From assembly GCF_009914755.1 (NCBI RefSeq), contig NC_060947.1: a DNA stretch of 64,000 nucleotides; one strand, written 5' to 3'. The DNA is from the human T2T-CHM13v2.0 reference genome, Homo sapiens. Positions within the stretch are counted from its first letter, which is position 1; every line of letters starts with the position of its first letter. The notes beneath the pieces were generated by a model, which worked only from the letters and a program-made list of their open reading frames with translations, ran no database searches and was not told the DNA's origin. Below, piece after piece: positions 57,227 through 64,000 of this stretch. Position numbers and translations under genes: made by a program.

Positions 57227-60088
57227 TCAGGCAGCAGGGCACAGCTGAGGGGACAGGAGTGATAGCAGCAACAGAACAGTGAGGCTGAGAGGCTGGACGC
57301 TGTGCGCCTGGCTCAGCTTCAGCTCCACCTCCACGGGGTAGTGGTCACTGATGTTGAGGGCCTGGGAATGGGTGGTGGGGCAGTGTCAGTGCCCGGGGCC
57401 GAGGGGCTTCCCTGTGACCCTGCTGCTGCCCTCCCTCCTCATGCCAGCCCCATCCCTTCACCTCCTCCTCGGTGAGCTGGAAGCTCGTGGGGAAGTCAAA
57501 GGCAGCCGCAGTGTGCAGCAGACTCCGGCAGCGCTCCCCGTGCAGCACGACGCGGTCATAGGTGCAGTGGGTGCTGGCCCGCACTGTGGTGTCCTCCCCA
57601 TCGGCAATCACCCAGTGGAAGCCTGGCTCAGTCCGCAGCTCCAGCTTGTCCAGGCGCTTTTTGGTCAGTGAAGCGCAGTCAGCATTGAAGTCCCCAAGCA
57701 GGATCACGTCCTAGAGACACAGCAGCCATCAGGCTGGCCGCTGGGCCACCCTATCCTTGTCCCTCCTGTACAAACTGCCCAGGCCTACCTTGCTCTGCCA
57801 GTGCTGGGAGACCTCCAGAAACACATCGTAGAGGGCGTTCAGCTCCTTCTCTACGGCCTTAGGAGTGGTGTGCAGCGGGACCAACACCAGGCTGGGAAGG
57901 ACTGCAAGGCCCAGGGACCGAGGGCTGCCATCCACTCCTGGACCTTCTCCCCCTAGCCCGTCTGGGTGAGGAAGCCCCCAGTGGAGCCAGCCAGAACTCC
58001 CCTTCTGCTCCCACATACCAAGCCCACCCTTCCCTTCCTACCATTGCTGGGCAAAGAGAACTGGGCCACAAATGGCTCCCGGGCAAAGACGTCATCCTCA
58101 TCGTTGTACACGTAGGAACTCAGGACCTGTGTTTTGTGTGACCTGGGAGGACAAAGGGATGGGCAGCAGTGGCCCCACGTCTTTGATTTTGGCTTGCAAG
58201 TGCCAAACGGCGCTCAGGGAGGGGCCCTCCACTAACAGCGGCAATGTGGGCACAGCCCTCCCAACCTGTCTCTAGAACTTTCAAAAATCAGGCATAATTC
58301 ATATGCCATAAAATTCACCTGCTTCAAGTATACAACACGGTTCTTTTGTACATTCATAAGGCTGTGCAACTATTTCTACAATCAATTTTAAAACATTGGT
58401 ATCCATTACTCCTAATAAAAACATAACATCCATTACCAGTTACTCTCCATTCTCCCCTCCCCCCAGCCCCTGCAACCATTAATCTGTTCTCTATCTTGTA
58501 CATTTGCCTATTCTGGATATTTCATATGAATGAAATCAGCTCATCAATGTTTTCTGCGTTCGTCCATATGCTGTGGCACGTCTGTGCTTCATTCCTCTTT
58601 CTGGCTGAATAATATTCCACGGACTGGGTATAGTACATTTTGACATTTGGACACTTTGATGTCATTCTTTTTTTTTTTTTTTTTTTTTTTGAGACATGGT
58701 CTCACTCTGTTGCTCAGGCTGCAGTGCACTGGCACAATCATAGCTCACTGCAGCCTTGAACTCTTGGGTTCAAGTGATCCTGCTGCTTCAGCCTCCCAAA
58801 GCGTTGGGATTACAGGCATGAGCCACTGTACCCTGCCTACCCAGTAATTTTGGAGCGCATACCAGATGTCATATCATTTTATTTATATAGAGAATCAGTT
58901 CTCCTTCCCTGCAGCCTCCCTTGCCCTCTGGATCCTGACTCCAAAGGGCTCCCTGCCAGCCTGTCCTCCCAGGGACTTAGAAGATCGGGTCTACCCAAGG
59001 CCCATAAGTGGTCCCCACGGAGCCTCTTCCCAGGAGCTGCAGCCCTTGCTGGCCACTTTCATAGAGGGGGCCAGCCACACCCTGAGCCCCAGCAGCTCCC
59101 ACAGGAGAGAGGAGGAGGGACCCCACATTTGTGCTTATAGAAGGAAGGCCTCCTGCTCTATGGACACTCTGGCGGGGGTCGAGGATGGGAAGAGCCCAGA
59201 ATAAAAGGTGTTGAGAAGAGAAAGCATGCAAAGCAGGTGAGGCTGTCCCAGGATGGGGGGCCTGTGGCCCCGGGGACTAATGAGCCTACCTCACATTAGG
59301 GCCAAGGACCGCCCCCCACCCTGCTGCGCTGCCAGCTCCGTGCTCACCGATAGAAGTACACATACGTCTCCATGTAGGTGCTGCGCCCCAGCTGGGGGCT
59401 GCTCAGGGTGCTGTAGGGCCCAGAGCCATCAAATCTGCCAAGAAAAGGGGAGGCGGGGTCAGGGCCTCAAGCCTCTGGGTGTGCCCCTGATTAGACCCAC
59501 AGAATCTTCCTCACCGATTGAGTTCTCGAAGCAGGAGCGGGATGGCGCTGCCGGAAGAGTCCACCACCTCCTGCAGCACCATGATGTCACAGCGAGCCAG
59601 TATCTGTGGGACATCAGGAAGGCCAGCCTGACTCAGTGCCAACTGCCCTGAGAGGAGGCAGTGGGCCCAGGGGACTGGCACTGTTGTGGCCCAGAGTGTT
59701 AAGGCTCACTGACTGCAGCCCACAGAAAGCAGTGGGACTGGAAATGCCCCAGGAAAAGACTCATCCCACCCACATGTCACCTGTTTCACAGAGGAGGAGA
59801 CTGAGGCCAGCAGCAGGCAAGCGCCTGCGCTGCATCTCCGTGCCACACCTCTTCTTCTCCCCTCTTCTCTAGAACATACCCCTGGTCAGGCAGGGATGGG
59901 GGCTTTGGCTCATGGTGGTTAGGGGCACGGCTTCCCTGAAGTGATGAACTTACCCGAACTAAGGTGTCCATCACCTGCTCCCTGGCCACCTTGGCCAGTG
60001 TCAGCCGCTGGGCATTGAAGGCGCAGATGCGAAAGGCCTGGGCCCCATTGGCCAGGATGAGGAAGAGGAGTGCAGTTGGGTAGTGCAT
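57227..60088 (-). CDS. DNASE1L1: Deoxyribonuclease 1-like 1 (DNase X), 302 aa, signal peptide and hydrophobic GPI-type C-terminus
   Basis: Exons 59954-60088, 59515-59603, 59348-59434, 58042-58142, 57789-57901, 57462-57710, 57227-57361 total 909 nt. [26 protein letters not shown] and CTYDRVV are DNase I motifs. Confidence 0.99.
58270..58835 (-). mobile_element. Old L1 3' fragment plus Alu monomer (FLAM-like)
   Basis: L1M-like antisense motifs (CATTTGCCTATTCTGGATATTTCATATGAATG; GGCTGAATAATATTCCA); Alu monomer at about 58667-58835. Confidence 0.8.
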
Positions 60089-60235
60089 GGCTGTGTGTGG
60101 CTGCCGGGGACACCCCAGGAATCCAGGCTGCCCCAGGGTGCGCTCTCACTGGGCTCAGTTCTGGCTCTGGAAGCGCTGAAATATGGAACAGAGAAAGTGG
60201 CACTAGCTGCTGCCCAGCACCAGCCTCCCAGTGAC

Positions 60236-62800
<2,565 letters not shown>

Positions 62801-63617
62801 CAGTGCTTTTCGCCTCCATTAGCAACTACAGGAACATCTTCGTTCATCTCTGTCTCCCCACTTGTGAGATGTTCTCTTTAAGATAAACTCCCGGCAGTGA
62901 AGGGTGTGTGCATTTTAAAAGGTCTCAGATATGGCCAAATCATCCCCATTGCAACCTGTGATGGGGACTCTTTCCCATGCCCCTGCCACCACTGGGGAGC
63001 CCTTCTTGTTCATCTCACCAGCTGGAGCCCCCCTCTCTCAGTTTATCTTTGTCTCACACTCACCTGACCTTGCAGGGCTCGGCTCCTTGCTCCACGCCCT
63101 GTCCATGTGGCTTTTGCATCCTGAGGCATGAGTTCCTCTGCTCTGTCTGCCTGCTTTTCTCTATCAACCTGTCACCTTCCCTTCGGGCTCACTTCCTACC
63201 TCTCTGAGGCTCTGTCCGTCTCTGTCTCACTTTCCCTCTCGTCTCTGGTTTCCCTTCTCTGTCTCTCTGTTGCGGTGTCTCTCTCCTGGCTGGGTTTGAT
63301 GTCTGTTTCTCCCTGACCACCTGCTCTGTCACTCATGCTAGTTTGGGTTCCCTACCCTGGTGCCTATTCTGGGATATACATGGGTATGTGGGCAGCCCTG
63401 GGCTGGCACATGCAGCCTTGGAGGCTCTGGCGTCAGGGACCCCCATGAGGGCTACCAGTAAGAACCAGAGAGAGCGACGGTTCCTGGCTTCAGCCCCAAA
63501 CCCTGGCTGTCAATATCAGCCTTGGTGGGAGCCCTAGGCTTCCCTCTCCCTCTCAAACCCTCCCCAGGCAGAAGGCAACTTCCTCCCTTCTTCCGTCTCC
63601 CCAGGGGGCTCCCATAC

Positions 63618-63692
63618 CTGCTCAGACCAGCTTGTCACCAAGTCTGCCTCATCCTTAAGTGGATCGCGATACCCCAGAAGAGCAGCTCCTGC
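63618..63692 (-). other. DNASE1L1: Candidate DNASE1L1 5'UTR exon with short uORF
   Basis: Polypyrimidine tract plus ttcag| acceptor at 63693; CAG|gtatgg donor at 63618/63617. Confidence 0.6.
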
Positions 63693-64000
63693 CTGAATAG
63701 GGCTAGGAGGGGAAAAAAAAGAGGAAGAGGCTGTGTTCCTGAGCCACCCGGCCAGGAAGGGCCTGGCTGGGCCGGACGCCCCACCCTTGCCAACAGGCAG
63801 GCCCGCCCCGTCTCCGCCTCGCCGCCAACAAGGAGGACCAGCACCAGGCCTGGGAACTGCTGACCTGCCCGCCCACCTTCCCACCCAGACCCCGCCTTCC
63901 CGGGCCAGCGGGACATGACAGACCTGTGAGTCACTCAAGCCTGGGGCAAGGAGGGGCTGGTGCCTGAGTGAGACCCCGAGCTTCGCTCGCCAGGCCCGTC

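Overview
Human (primate) Xq28 genomic DNA. In order: the inner end of the left FLNA-EMD inverted repeat (1-1779); the complete FLNA gene on the minus strand (about 3060-29170); EMD on the plus strand, divergent from FLNA (CDS 34028-35740); the right inverted-repeat copy (from 39411, about 11 kb by prior knowledge), which holds an orphan CpG island and dense Alus; RPL10 (+) with intronic SNORA70; and DNASE1L1 (-), convergent on RPL10. Exon boundaries for EMD, RPL10 and DNASE1L1 were read from the sequence and sum to the expected CDS lengths. This is a well-studied locus and I see no new protein-coding system. Most ORFs in the track are GC-rich or Alu noise. The least expected features are: (1) a second, nested and diverged ~635-bp inverted duplication linking FLNA intron 1 with the EMD upstream region and bracketing the FLNA promoter; (2) a diverged copy of RPL10 upstream sequence inside the inverted-repeat CpG island; (3) a pure C9orf72-type (GGGGCC)8 tract in that island; (4) a five-unit GC-box/CCAAT/CRE tandem array forming the EMD promoter. 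Known FLNA RNA-level controls (Q2341R editing duplex, intron-9 poison exon, 24-nt microexon) are also directly visible. Alu/L1 boundaries and percent identities are by eye and approximate.
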